This document shows, piece by piece, positions 1 to 8,718 of a stretch of 32,000 nucleotides of DNA. Origin of the DNA: Methanothermus fervidus DSM 2088. Lineage in GTDB: Archaea > Methanobacteriota > Methanobacteria > DSM-2088 > Methanothermaceae. A program made the position numbers and the translations under genes. The DNA lies in NCBI GenBank assembly GCA_000166095.1, contig CP002278.1, positions 600,001 through 632,000 on the forward strand, given 5' to 3'. The stretch's first letter is position 1, and each line of letters opens with the position of its first letter. The notes under the pieces were generated by a model. The model was not told the DNA's origin and searched no databases. It was given only the letters and a program-made list of their open reading frames with translations.

Positions 1-1
1 T

Positions 2-442
2 TGGGTACCTTTCGCATTAATATGGTTTGGTATTGGTCTTAAATCAGAAGTGTTTATAATATTTATCGGTTCTTTTTTCCCAATATTGCTTAATACAGTT
101 GACGCTGTTAAGGGCGTTGAGAAAGTTTTCATCGAAAGTGCATATGTCTTAGGAGCCAATGAACAACAAATATTAACTAAAGTAGTATTACCAGGTTCCC
201 TACCAGGAATTGTATTAGGTATGAGAGTAGGATTTGGTATAGGGTTTATGTGTACTGTTGCAGCAGAGATGATAGCCGCAAAATCAGGATTGGGTTATTT
301 GATCATGGATTCTATGCGGCTCATGGACACTGGAACTATGCTTGTAGGTATCATAACAATAGGAATACTAGGTTTTTTAATCGACACTATATTTGCAAAA
401 ATTGAAAAAAGAGAATTTAAATGGAGAGGAAAAACAACATGA
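2..442 (+). CDS. ABC transporter permease, SsuC/TauC/NrtB-type (5' end cut by window edge)
   Basis: The frame is open from base 2 (WVPFALIWFGIGLKSEVFIIFIGSFFPILLNT...). It is hydrophobic and carries the EAA-loop-like segment AAEMIAAKSGLGYLI. The stop TGA overlaps the ATG of the downstream ATPase (ATGA). Confidence 0.8.
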   Translation, partial: WVPFALIWFGIGLKSEVFIIFIGSFFPILLNTVDAVKGVEKVFIESAYVLGANEQQILTKVVLPGSLPGIVLGMRVGFGIGFMCTVAAEMIAAKSGLGYLIMDSMRLMDTGTMLVGIITIGILGFLIDTIFAKIEKREFKWRGKTT

Positions 443-1194
443 TCATTGTTAAGAACCTTTCAAAGAAATTTGGAAACGTTAAAGTTCTAGATAATATAAA
501 TTTAAAAATAAAAGATGGTGAATTTTTCTGCATTGTAGGACCTTCAGGATGTGGAAAAACAACATTGTTAAGAATTATCGCTGGATTAGAAAAACCTACG
601 TCTGGAGAAGTTTATATCAACAGTGAAAAGGTAGGAAATCATAAATCTAGCTGTAGTATGGTATTTCAGCAATATGCATTATTTCCATGGAGAACTGTGC
701 TAGAAAATGTAATGTTTCCATTAGAAATTCAGGGAATATCTGAAAGTAAGAGACGTAAAATAGCCGAAGAATATCTTAAGCTTGTGGATCTACAAGATTT
801 CAAGGATGCATACCCTTATGAATTGTCAGGCGGTATGAAACAAAGAGTTGCAATCGTTAGAGCCTTAGTCAATGATCCTAAAGTATTATTGATGGATGAA
901 CCATTTGCAGCTTTAGACATGCAGACAAGAAATTTCTTACAAAAAGAATTATCATATATCTGGGAAAAGACTTGTAAAACAATTGTTTTTGTTACACATA
1001 ATATTGATGAAGCTGTTTTTCTTGGGGACAGGGTAGCTGTTATGAGTGCAAGACCTGGAAGAATATTAAAAATATTTGAAGTAAATCTAAAAAGACCAAG
1101 GGACAGATTAGATGAAAAATTTTTGGAAATTAGAGGTAAAATACTTGATATTCTTGAAAAAGAAGTTAAGCGATCGATTGAAATAAAAATATAG
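439..1194 (+). CDS. ABC transporter ATP-binding protein, nitrate/sulfonate/taurine (SsuB/TauB) family
   Basis: Walker A GPSGCGKTT, signature LSGGMKQR, Walker B LLMDEPF, and the family-typical tail VAVMSARPGRI...LKRPRD. I prefer ATG 439 (GGAGAGGA RBS 8 nt upstream, ATGA overlap) over the track start 421. Confidence 0.9.
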   Translation: MIIVKNLSKKFGNVKVLDNINLKIKDGEFFCIVGPSGCGKTTLLRIIAGLEKPTSGEVYINSEKVGNHKSSCSMVFQQYALFPWRTVLENVMFPLEIQGISESKRRKIAEEYLKLVDLQDFKDAYPYELSGGMKQRVAIVRALVNDPKVLLMDEPFAALDMQTRNFLQKELSYIWEKTCKTIVFVTHNIDEAVFLGDRVAVMSARPGRILKIFEVNLKRPRDRLDEKFLEIRGKILDILEKEVKRSIEIKI

Positions 1195-1242
1195 TTAAAT
1201 TTGTTATTTTTGTTATTTACAGCTTTTTATTCTTGATTAAAC

Positions 1243-1250
1243 AATATATA
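1243..1250 (+). promoter_or_regulatory. Candidate TATA box AATATATA upstream of the RHH gene
   Basis: It lies in the 81-nt gap after the ABC ATPase. It is followed 4 nt later by the 13-mer TAATCACCAAAAA. Confidence 0.35.
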
Positions 1251-1253
1251 GAA

Positions 1254-1266
1254 TAATCACCAAAAA
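1254..1266 (+). promoter_or_regulatory. Copy 1 of exact 13-mer TAATCACCAAAAA (candidate operator)
   Basis: It is identical to 1801-1813 and sits between the TATA-like element and the RHH gene start. Confidence 0.35.
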
Positions 1267-1275
1267 ATATTTTAT

Positions 1276-1803
1276 TTGAGAATACAAATATTTGGAGAGA
1301 TTTTCTTGAAAAGATTAACGGTTGCTGTGCCAAAAAAATGGCGTAACAGACTTATAAAAGTCATCAATTTAGAACATGAACTTTGTACTAAGAAAAAAAA
1401 ATTAGAAATTCTAAAAAAGGGTGAAGATGCTTTAAAAATACCTTGTGGTTGGTTATCTATTTCGCAACTTGTAGATTATATAGTACAGCAGTATGTTACA
1501 AGGAAAGATATTGATCTGGATTTTTTCAAAACAAAAAATAAAGATACATTATCACTGAATGGAAAGTTAAGTATAACATTTAATGATGATACATATAAGA
1601 AAGTTCAAAATTTTAGGAAAAGACTTGCTCGTAAAGGCAGATGTATCTCATTTGCAGAGGTAGTCAGATCTGCAATAAAATCTTGGTTTGAATCGGAACG
1701 TCCAATTTATCATTTAAAAAAAGAGATTGAAAACGTGGAAAAATTAATAAAAAAATATGAAAGTAAAAAAGAAAAGAGAATGGAAATGTGGCACAGACCT
1801 TAA
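1276..1803 (+). CDS. Hypothetical basic protein with two ribbon-helix-helix (CopG/Arc-like) modules and a C-terminal coiled coil; putative transcription regulator
   Basis: Module 1 is KRLTVAVPKKWRNRL...LSISQLVDYIVQQYV. Module 2 is KLSITFNDDTYKKVQNFRKRLARKGRCISFAEVVRSAIKSWFE. The tail is K/E-rich and heptad-like. The real start is probably TTG 1306 (GGAGAG at 1294-1299). The fold assignment is by pattern only. Confidence 0.5.
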   Translation: MRIQIFGEIFLKRLTVAVPKKWRNRLIKVINLEHELCTKKKKLEILKKGEDALKIPCGWLSISQLVDYIVQQYVTRKDIDLDFFKTKNKDTLSLNGKLSITFNDDTYKKVQNFRKRLARKGRCISFAEVVRSAIKSWFESERPIYHLKKEIENVEKLIKKYESKKEKRMEMWHRP

Positions 1804-1813
1804 TCACCAAAAA
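1801..1813 (+). promoter_or_regulatory. Copy 2 of exact 13-mer TAATCACCAAAAA (candidate operator)
   Basis: It starts on the RHH gene stop codon TAA, 32 nt upstream of the asnB-like ATG. Confidence 0.35.
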
Positions 1814-1832
1814 TTAACTATGATGGTCACAT

Positions 1833-3248
1833 ATGTGTGGGATTGCAGGTTTTTCTGGAAAAAATGCAAAAAAAATTGTTGAAAAAATGCTTAAAATTTT
1901 AAGGCATCGAGGACCTGATGCAACAGGAATTTATTATGATAGCAAAGTAAAAATTATTTATGATAAAAAAGTGGAGGAGAAAGAAGCTCCGCCTTCCAGC
2001 AATTTAGCCCTTGGTCATAATCTTCTTTCAATAATTGGAGGTCCCCAGCCAATCACAGGAAAAGGTGTCTTAGTGTTTAATGGTGAAATTTATAATTACA
2101 AAGAACTTTATGCTAAGGCAAATTCAGATGCAGAAACAGTACTTTACCTTATTGAGAAACATGGTGGAGATATTGAAGATGCTCTCAAATGGACTGTTAA
2201 CAAAATAGATGGAGATTATGCATTTGCTTATTTTGATGGTGAAAATATCGCATTAGTACGTGATCCAGTAGGTGTTAAACCACTTTATTACTCTGATTCA
2301 GCATTTGCTTCAGAAAGAAAAGCTTTATGGAAAATAGGCTTGAAAGATATAAAAAGTCTTAAACCAGGACATGCTCTCATAAATAATAAGCTTGTAAAAC
2401 TTAAAGATCTTCCAAAACCAAAACCTCTTAATAATATTAAACTAGAAAAATTGAAAAATATGCTTAAGTCATCCATTATTTCTGCAGTTGAAAAAAGAAC
2501 TAGAGACATCGATAAGGCAGCATTAGTATTTTCTGGTGGTGTTGACAGTACATTACTAGCAATTCTTCTTGATAAATATATTGATGTTAAACTTTATACT
2601 GTAGGAGTTCCAGGTTCCCAAGATCTTAAATTCGCATTAAAAGCTGCAAAAGATTTAGATATGGAACTTAAAGTTTTAAAAATTGAAAAAGATGTTGTAA
2701 AAGAAATGCTCCCAAAAGTACTTACAGCTATCGAGGAATATAATATAATGAAAATTGGAGTGGCAATGCCTCTCTACATTGCATCTGCAGCTGCATCATC
2801 TGATGGATATAAAGTCATATTTTCTGGCCAAGGAGCTGATGAATTATTTGCAGGATATTATCGTTACAAACGGCTTTTAAGAGAAGGAAAACTTGAGGAA
2901 GCACTTCTCCATGACTTGAAAAACATGTATCATGTAAACCTTGAGAGAGATGATGCTGCTACAATGGCAAACTCAATTGAACTTCGTGTACCTTTCCTTG
3001 ATTATGATGTGATAAAAGTTGCAGTTCAAATACCTATAAAATATAAAATAAAGGATCCAAGCGATATCCTTAGGAAAAGAATATTACGGGAAATTGCTAT
3101 TGAACTTGGAGTGCCCGAATACATAGCAATGAGACCAAAGAAGGCAGTCCAATATGGTTCAGGTGTAGATAAAATATTAAGGAAAAAAGTACTCCCAAAT
3201 TTTGACCATGAATCTTTCATGAAAAAATTAATGAGTGCTTCAGGATAA
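1833..3248 (+). CDS. asnB: Asparagine synthetase B-like glutamine amidotransferase (class II GATase + PP-loop ATP pyrophosphatase)
   Basis: N-terminal nucleophile MCGIAGF, PP-loop SGGVDS, and GQGADELFAGY. It is 471 aa, shorter than typical AsnB. Confidence 0.8.
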   Translation: MCGIAGFSGKNAKKIVEKMLKILRHRGPDATGIYYDSKVKIIYDKKVEEKEAPPSSNLALGHNLLSIIGGPQPITGKGVLVFNGEIYNYKELYAKANSDAETVLYLIEKHGGDIEDALKWTVNKIDGDYAFAYFDGENIALVRDPVGVKPLYYSDSAFASERKALWKIGLKDIKSLKPGHALINNKLVKLKDLPKPKPLNNIKLEKLKNMLKSSIISAVEKRTRDIDKAALVFSGGVDSTLLAILLDKYIDVKLYTVGVPGSQDLKFALKAAKDLDMELKVLKIEKDVVKEMLPKVLTAIEEYNIMKIGVAMPLYIASAAASSDGYKVIFSGQGADELFAGYYRYKRLLREGKLEEALLHDLKNMYHVNLERDDAATMANSIELRVPFLDYDVIKVAVQIPIKYKIKDPSDILRKRILREIAIELGVPEYIAMRPKKAVQYGSGVDKILRKKVLPNFDHESFMKKLMSASG

Positions 3249-3264
3249 TCTTTGAGGTGTATTC

Positions 3265-3615
3265 ATGAAAAAATATGATACAGGAACAGCTATCTTTACA
3301 GCATTAATAATTGGAATTGTTTTTTCATTTTTATTTGACAAAATATTTGTATTGATAATTGTGGGATTTTTAAGTACTTATCTCTCTAAAGAGAAAAATA
3401 GTGGAATAGGAGCAACTGCTTCATTGTGTTTAGGAATGATATATTTCTTTTTTCATCTCATACAAATTCCTGAAGTACCAGACTGGATTTCAAGATCTCT
3501 TGGTCCAGATTTCTTAACTTTTAGTTTAAGTTTTATGCTGATATGTTTATTAAGCATGTTTTTAGGTGGAATTGGAGGATTCATAGGCAGTAGTGTGAGA
3601 AAAAATGAAAAATAA
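3265..3615 (+). CDS. Small integral membrane protein, unknown function
   Basis: 116 aa with about 4 hydrophobic segments. A GAGGTG RBS lies upstream. Its end overlaps the tyrA start by 11 nt. Confidence 0.55.
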   Translation: MKKYDTGTAIFTALIIGIVFSFLFDKIFVLIIVGFLSTYLSKEKNSGIGATASLCLGMIYFFFHLIQIPEVPDWISRSLGPDFLTFSLSFMLICLLSMFLGGIGGFIGSSVRKNEK

Positions 3616-4918
3616 AAAAGTGGCAGTGATAGGTGGTAGCAGAGGTTTAGGTAAATGGATAGCAAAATTTCTAAAAAAGGAAGGTTTTAAAGTCACCATA
3701 ACAAGTAGAGATCATGAATATGGAAGAAAAGTAGCTAAAAAAATGGGAGTAAAATATTGTGAGAATAATATAGATGCTGCAAAGAGTTCAGATATAGTCA
3801 TTGTTTCTGTACCTATAGCAAGTACGGTTAAAGTTATTAAAGAAATTGCACCTCATTTAAGAAAAGGTTCTTTACTTCTTGATGTCACATCTATTAAAGA
3901 AAAACCTGCTAAAGCTATGGAGAAATACGTTCCTAATTATGTTGAGGTTTTACCGACACATCCTATGTTTGGACCACGTATTACGTCTTTAGATGGACAA
4001 GTTGTCATATTAACACCAATAAGGAAATCTAAATGTTTAAATAAAGTTATTAATTTTTTAAAAGAAAAAAAGGCTAGAGTAATAGTAACTACGCCAAAAA
4101 AACATGATAAAATGATGAGTGTAATACAAGTTCTGACACATTTTGCCTATATTTGTATAGCCTCAACTATAGAGAAACTTAAAATAAATATAAAAGAATC
4201 AAGGAAATTTGCTAGCCCTATATATAATCTTATGGTAGATACTATTGCCAGAATAGTTGCACAGAATCCTCATTTAACATTTTCAATTCAGCATGAAAAT
4301 AAGGAAGGTGAAAAAGTTAGAAAGCTTTTCATAGATATAGCAAAAAAAATGAACAACATCATTGAAAACAATGAAAAAGAAAAATTTATAGAGGAAGTTA
4401 GAAAAGCAGCAAAAAATTTAGATGATATTGAATCTGCTTTAGGAAGATCTGATAAAGCAATAGCAGCATTAAATGAAGAAATTAAGAAACTTAAAAAATC
4501 TGTTGGTAAAGAAGTTGGTTTAAAACACATATATTCTGGTAAAGTACATGTTGGGATTTTAAAGGAAGTATCTCCTGATTTTGTAGTTTTAAAATCTAGA
4601 AAAATGACTCTAAAATTAAAAACTTCAAACATAAGAATACTCAATAAAAAAGAATTGCAGAAATGGAAAATTAAAAAATTTGGAACAAAAAAATTCGATA
4701 TATCTGTAATTTTCCCTGAAAAATGTGATCCAAACGTAATTGCAAAAGTTGTTGAAAATGAAGAGGGAGTTATATCAGCCAAAATTATAGATGTATATAA
4801 AGGAGAGCAAATACCACAAGGAATGGTAAGTATAACAATACGTTTTGAAGTATTGGATAAAAAATATTATCAAAATGTTAAAAAATTGTTAGAAGGCTTA
4901 GGAGCAAAAATAAGATGA
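3605..4918 (+). CDS. tyrA: Prephenate/arogenate dehydrogenase with extra C-terminal ferredoxin-fold (FDX-ACB/ACT-like) domain
   Basis: Rossmann motif VAVIGGSRGLGKWIA, the TyrA-typical LPTHPMFGP, and HDKMMSVIQVLTHF. C-terminal aa ~361-437 (FDISVIFPEK...IIDVYKGEQIPQGMVSITIRF) resemble the FDX-ACB domain of PheRS beta. Confidence 0.8.
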   Translation: MKNKKVAVIGGSRGLGKWIAKFLKKEGFKVTITSRDHEYGRKVAKKMGVKYCENNIDAAKSSDIVIVSVPIASTVKVIKEIAPHLRKGSLLLDVTSIKEKPAKAMEKYVPNYVEVLPTHPMFGPRITSLDGQVVILTPIRKSKCLNKVINFLKEKKARVIVTTPKKHDKMMSVIQVLTHFAYICIASTIEKLKINIKESRKFASPIYNLMVDTIARIVAQNPHLTFSIQHENKEGEKVRKLFIDIAKKMNNIIENNEKEKFIEEVRKAAKNLDDIESALGRSDKAIAALNEEIKKLKKSVGKEVGLKHIYSGKVHVGILKEVSPDFVVLKSRKMTLKLKTSNIRILNKKELQKWKIKKFGTKKFDISVIFPEKCDPNVIAKVVENEEGVISAKIIDVYKGEQIPQGMVSITIRFEVLDKKYYQNVKKLLEGLGAKIR

Positions 4919-6859
4919 ATTAGTTACTAATTGCCAAACTACCGTAGAATTGTTCCTATATATTGGTTTAAAGTATTTCGGCGGCTGCTTTAAAATAACT
5001 AATTTTACAAACATAGAATTCTCAAAGTTTTTATCAATTATCAATATTTTATCTGGTGAAATGAAAATTATAGAAAAATTACTGTCTTTATTTATTATTA
5101 CCTTTTTTATGTTTCTATCCACAATGATAAAAGAGTGAGGAGCTTTTTTATTCCACAATGCTCTTTTATGATTTAAATCTAAAACAACATGATTTTTGTA
5201 AGCATTTTCTTTTTTTAGATAAATATATAATATTTCCTTGCTTTTACCAGCTTTAAAATTCCAATTACTATAATAGAAATACCAATAACCTACTTCTACA
5301 TCTCTATCACTTGTAAAGATAAGTATATTTGGTTGTTCAGAACATTTATTTTTTAAAAAACTTACAGCATCCTTTTTACTCATATAATTTTCTAAAATTT
5401 TTGTTGTATTGTTTTTATCCATTTTTAGTATTTCGTCCAGAATTTCTACATGTCTAGCACCAGTCTTGTTCTGCAATGAATAAATCAGAGAATCACCACT
5501 TAAAGATAAGAGTTGTAAAATATTGGAAGAATAATATTCGTTGTCTGTTGCATATGCTTTGCATATCCAATACATACGTGGTGTATTTTGTGATCCACCA
5601 TCAACTAATACTGGTCTTTGTGCAAAAGTTTCTAAAAAATAACCATAGGACCAATCTGATATTATTACAGAGTTTTGAGGCGTGTTGTTTTTAATCCATT
5701 CTGCTGCAGCAACTTGATCTTTATTTATGATGGCCTTTTCTTTATTTAAGGATGCTCCACATTGTAAAATAAGAAGAAATAAAACAAACAACAAAATTAC
5801 ATGTTTTCCAGTTTTTTTCTTTTTAATAAATAATTTTCCGATATAATTAATAATAATGGCTACAATAAGTGATAATGATATTGCAGGCCAAATAATAAAT
5901 CTAATTGCCTGAACATATAATAAAATTCCCGTAATTACCCAAAGAATCAATGTTAAAAATAATAAGCTGTCTATTTTTATTTTTCTTTTGTAAAATAAAA
6001 ATGCAAATAATATTATTAAGTAGATTGATGCGAAAGTGATACAAATGAATTTTAGCCCATAGGGCTTCTGCAATTCTACCACTGATTCATAAATATTTGG
6101 ATAATAAGATTTTGGCATGAAAAATCCAAATGGAGGAATCAAAGAATTGACACCATGAATCAAGATAAGTAGGATTGTAGTGATAACCACAAACAATATA
6201 ACAAATTTTCTTTTTTCTTTAACAAAATTTAAAAAACATGAAATTGTAAACAAATAATAGATGTATGTCCAACCTTCCCAAGTCAGTGAAAACAAAACTA
6301 CTGAAAAAGAAGCTGGAATTACATACATAAATTTTTTAGAGTTTTTAGCTTTTAATAAGAAATATAAAGTAAGGAGTGGAAAAATAGCATAAAACATGTC
6401 AGTGTCAAAAATTCCAGCACTTGTTCTAACCGTGTATATGGGATTTGTTACCAATAATAATCCTGCTAAGATTCCAGTTACTTTATCATCGTCCTGAAAT
6501 AAATAAAAGGATATTATACCTGCTAGAGGTGCAATAAAGGCTGGAAAATAAAAACATAGCTGAAGTAGTTGTAATGATGGAAAAATAAAATTGAGGATTC
6601 TATATGATACAGCTGTTACCCAAGGAAGTAATGGAGGATAATCAACAATTCTACCAGTAGGATAGTAAGAATAAATATCCCACGAATCTCCATTTTTTAA
6701 TATATTTCCCATATGTCCATTTTTTAATATGTTATCAGTCAAACGATAGTTATAGTATGAGTCAGGTTCACACATGATTCTATAGTTTGTGTCAAATGGA
6801 TATAAACGTAAAAAACACCCAAGCAAAAAAATTATTAAAATGATTACTTTAAATCTCAT
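4898..6859 (-). CDS. aglB: Archaeal oligosaccharyltransferase AglB (STT3 family), multi-pass membrane protein
   Basis: STT3-type N-terminal motif CEPDSYYNYR followed by YYPTGR, DxD motif GIFDTDMFY, SVSE/TIXE-like YESVVELQ, and WWDYG-position motif SDWSYGY followed by LVDGGSQN. About 13 TM segments precede a soluble C-terminal domain. Confidence 0.8.
   Translation of the reverse strand: MRFKVIILIIFLLGCFLRLYPFDTNYRIMCEPDSYYNYRLTDNILKNGHMGNILKNGDSWDIYSYYPTGRIVDYPPLLPWVTAVSYRILNFIFPSLQLLQLCFYFPAFIAPLAGIISFYLFQDDDKVTGILAGLLLVTNPIYTVRTSAGIFDTDMFYAIFPLLTLYFLLKAKNSKKFMYVIPASFSVVLFSLTWEGWTYIYYLFTISCFLNFVKEKRKFVILFVVITTILLILIHGVNSLIPPFGFFMPKSYYPNIYESVVELQKPYGLKFICITFASIYLIILFAFLFYKRKIKIDSLLFLTLILWVITGILLYVQAIRFIIWPAISLSLIVAIIINYIGKLFIKKKKTGKHVILLFVLFLLILQCGASLNKEKAIINKDQVAAAEWIKNNTPQNSVIISDWSYGYFLETFAQRPVLVDGGSQNTPRMYWICKAYATDNEYYSSNILQLLSLSGDSLIYSLQNKTGARHVEILDEILKMDKNNTTKILENYMSKKDAVSFLKNKCSEQPNILIFTSDRDVEVGYWYFYYSNWNFKAGKSKEILYIYLKKENAYKNHVVLDLNHKRALWNKKAPHSFIIVDRNIKKVIINKDSNFSIIFISPDKILIIDKNFENSMFVKLVILKQPPKYFKPIYRNNSTVVWQLVTNSSYFCS
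6690..6731 (-). repeat. In-frame 15-nt direct repeat 27 nt apart inside aglB (encodes NILKNG twice)
   Basis: tccattttttaatat occurs at 6690-6704 and again at 6717-6731. The protein reads NILKNGHMGNILKNG. Confidence 0.9.
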
Positions 6860-6932
6860 AATTTTTAGTTTTCATCATAAAATATTTAAATTTTTATTGG
6901 ATTTAAAAAGTTAAAAATTGGAGAGATGTAAA

Positions 6933-8543
6933 ATGAAATTTAGATGTGCAGACGCAATCATAAAAATTCTTGAAAAAGAAAATATTAAATATGTTTTTGG
7001 CCATCCAGGAGAACATGTTTTACCCCTCCTAGATGCAATTAGAAAATCTAAAATTAAACATGTATTGTTTCGACACGAACAAGGAGCAATTCATGCAGCC
7101 GATGGATATGCCCGTGCTAATAGAAAATTTGCTGTATGTCTTTCAACTGGAGGTCCTGGGGCTCTTAATTTTGTAATGGGTGTTGCTACAGCATATAAGG
7201 ATTCTGTTCCTTTACTCATACTTACGGGAGATATTCCAACAAATGATGTTGGTAAAAATGTTTTTCAGGAAGTAGATATTTGTGGCATATTAAAACCTAT
7301 AACTTTGGAAAGCTTTGATCCTTTAACACCAGAAGATTTGATTCTATCACTTAAAAAATCTTTAAAAATGTTAAAATATGGGCCAACTGGTCCTATACAC
7401 ATAAATTTACATAAAGATATTCTTGAGGAAAGAGTTTCGAGTAGTTTAGTTGATAAAAAAGTTAAAATAAAAATCAGGGAGGACAAAAGTAGGTTAAGTG
7501 ACGCCATAGATATTTTAAAATCTGCAAAAAGATTGCTGATATTAGCAGGTGGAGGTGTTTTATGGGCAGGTGCCTCCAAAATTTTAAAAAAAATAGTAAA
7601 AACTAAAAAAATTCCGCTAGTTACTACATATCCAGCTCGTGGAGTCATTAATGAGTATGAAGAATTTTGTTTGGGAATGATTGGCTTAAGAGGTACAAAA
7701 GCTGCAAATTTTGCTGGAAAAACATGTGATGTTTTATTGGCTTTAGGAGCTAAACTTACAGAACGTACATTAGAAGGAATTGGTAATCCAGAAATAATAC
7801 AAGTAAATCTTGATAAAAGATTTTTAAAAGGAGATGTTAATTTACAGATGGATGTAAAAGAATTTTTAGAGATTATTGAGAAAATAGATATATCAGTTGA
7901 TGGAAAGTGGTTAAAAAAATTAAAAAATCTTAAAAAAGAACACATGGAAATTATTAAAAATTCTAAAATATCAAAAACTCAACAAATTATTAAAAAAATA
8001 TTAGAATTTGATGAAAAGGCAATAATTGTTAATGATGCTGGAAGTCATACAACCTGGGTAACCTTATGTAAAAAAGTTGTAAAACCAAGGTCTCTTATTT
8101 TTTCAGGATCTTTTGGTCCTATGGGATATGGATTACCAGCAGCTATTGGCGTGAAATTTGCAAAACCAAATGAAAACGTAATAGTTATAGTGGGAGATGG
8201 TGGATTTCAAATGACGTTGCAAGAACTGGCTACAATCAAACAGTATAATTTACCTATACTTATCTGTGTTTTAAATAATCAATCCTTAAACATTATAAGA
8301 CAATGGCAAGAAATGATGTATAATGCTAGTTATTCTGTAGAGTTGAAAAATCCTGATTTTGTGAAACTTGCCAAATCATATGGAATAAAAGCTATGAAGG
8401 TTAAAAACTTGAAGGAAATAAATAAAATTTTAAGAAAGGCACTGGAATTTAATTCACCATTTCTTATTGAGATCAGAGTGCCTAAAGAAAATATTCCTTT
8501 GCCAAAGACTATTAAAGAAAAATTTTCTATAGGATGGGAGTAG
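6933..8543 (+). CDS. Thiamine-diphosphate enzyme of the acetolactate synthase large-subunit family
   Basis: N-terminal ADAIIKILEKENIKYVFGHPGEHVLPLLDA, then RHEQGAIHAADGYAR, and ThDP motif GDGGFQMTLQELATI...LNN. No ilvN-like small subunit is adjacent. ATG 6933 with GGAGAG 7 nt upstream is preferred over TTG 6918. Confidence 0.8.
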   Translation: MKFRCADAIIKILEKENIKYVFGHPGEHVLPLLDAIRKSKIKHVLFRHEQGAIHAADGYARANRKFAVCLSTGGPGALNFVMGVATAYKDSVPLLILTGDIPTNDVGKNVFQEVDICGILKPITLESFDPLTPEDLILSLKKSLKMLKYGPTGPIHINLHKDILEERVSSSLVDKKVKIKIREDKSRLSDAIDILKSAKRLLILAGGGVLWAGASKILKKIVKTKKIPLVTTYPARGVINEYEEFCLGMIGLRGTKAANFAGKTCDVLLALGAKLTERTLEGIGNPEIIQVNLDKRFLKGDVNLQMDVKEFLEIIEKIDISVDGKWLKKLKNLKKEHMEIIKNSKISKTQQIIKKILEFDEKAIIVNDAGSHTTWVTLCKKVVKPRSLIFSGSFGPMGYGLPAAIGVKFAKPNENVIVIVGDGGFQMTLQELATIKQYNLPILICVLNNQSLNIIRQWQEMMYNASYSVELKNPDFVKLAKSYGIKAMKVKNLKEINKILRKALEFNSPFLIEIRVPKENIPLPKTIKEKFSIGWE

Positions 8544-8710
8544 TAAATTTATTTAAAATTTTCTTACAATGCCAATGCTTATATGTTAGAATTTTTAAAT
8601 TTTTTTACAAACTATCATGATTTATCATGTAATAATATAAAGTTGTGTAAACGTGTTAATGCATTAGAACCATACTTAAATAAATATACCTTCTCAACAA
8701 GAGGAAAAAC

Positions 8711-8718
8711 TTATATAT
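8711..8718 (+). promoter_or_regulatory. Candidate TATA box (TTATATAT) with purine-rich BRE-like tract upstream, for the hydrogenase operon
   Basis: It lies ~35-42 nt upstream of ATG 8753, and the GAGGT RBS at 8741-8745 would fall in a very short leader. A second TATA-like TAAATATA sits at 8681-8688. Confidence 0.35.

Noticed and set aside
7265-7945. 226-aa minus-strand ORF inside the AHAS-like gene. Similar antisense ORFs occur at 4288-4782, 12509-12826, 12829-13155, 14867-15196, 15212-15574, 16252-16545, 26828-27412, 30538-30897 and 31400-31819.
   Set aside because: All lie entirely within or antisense to strongly supported genes. Their composition is low-complexity and Ser/Phe/Ile/Leu-rich, as expected for the reverse frame of AT-rich coding DNA. 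They show no RBS or motif support.
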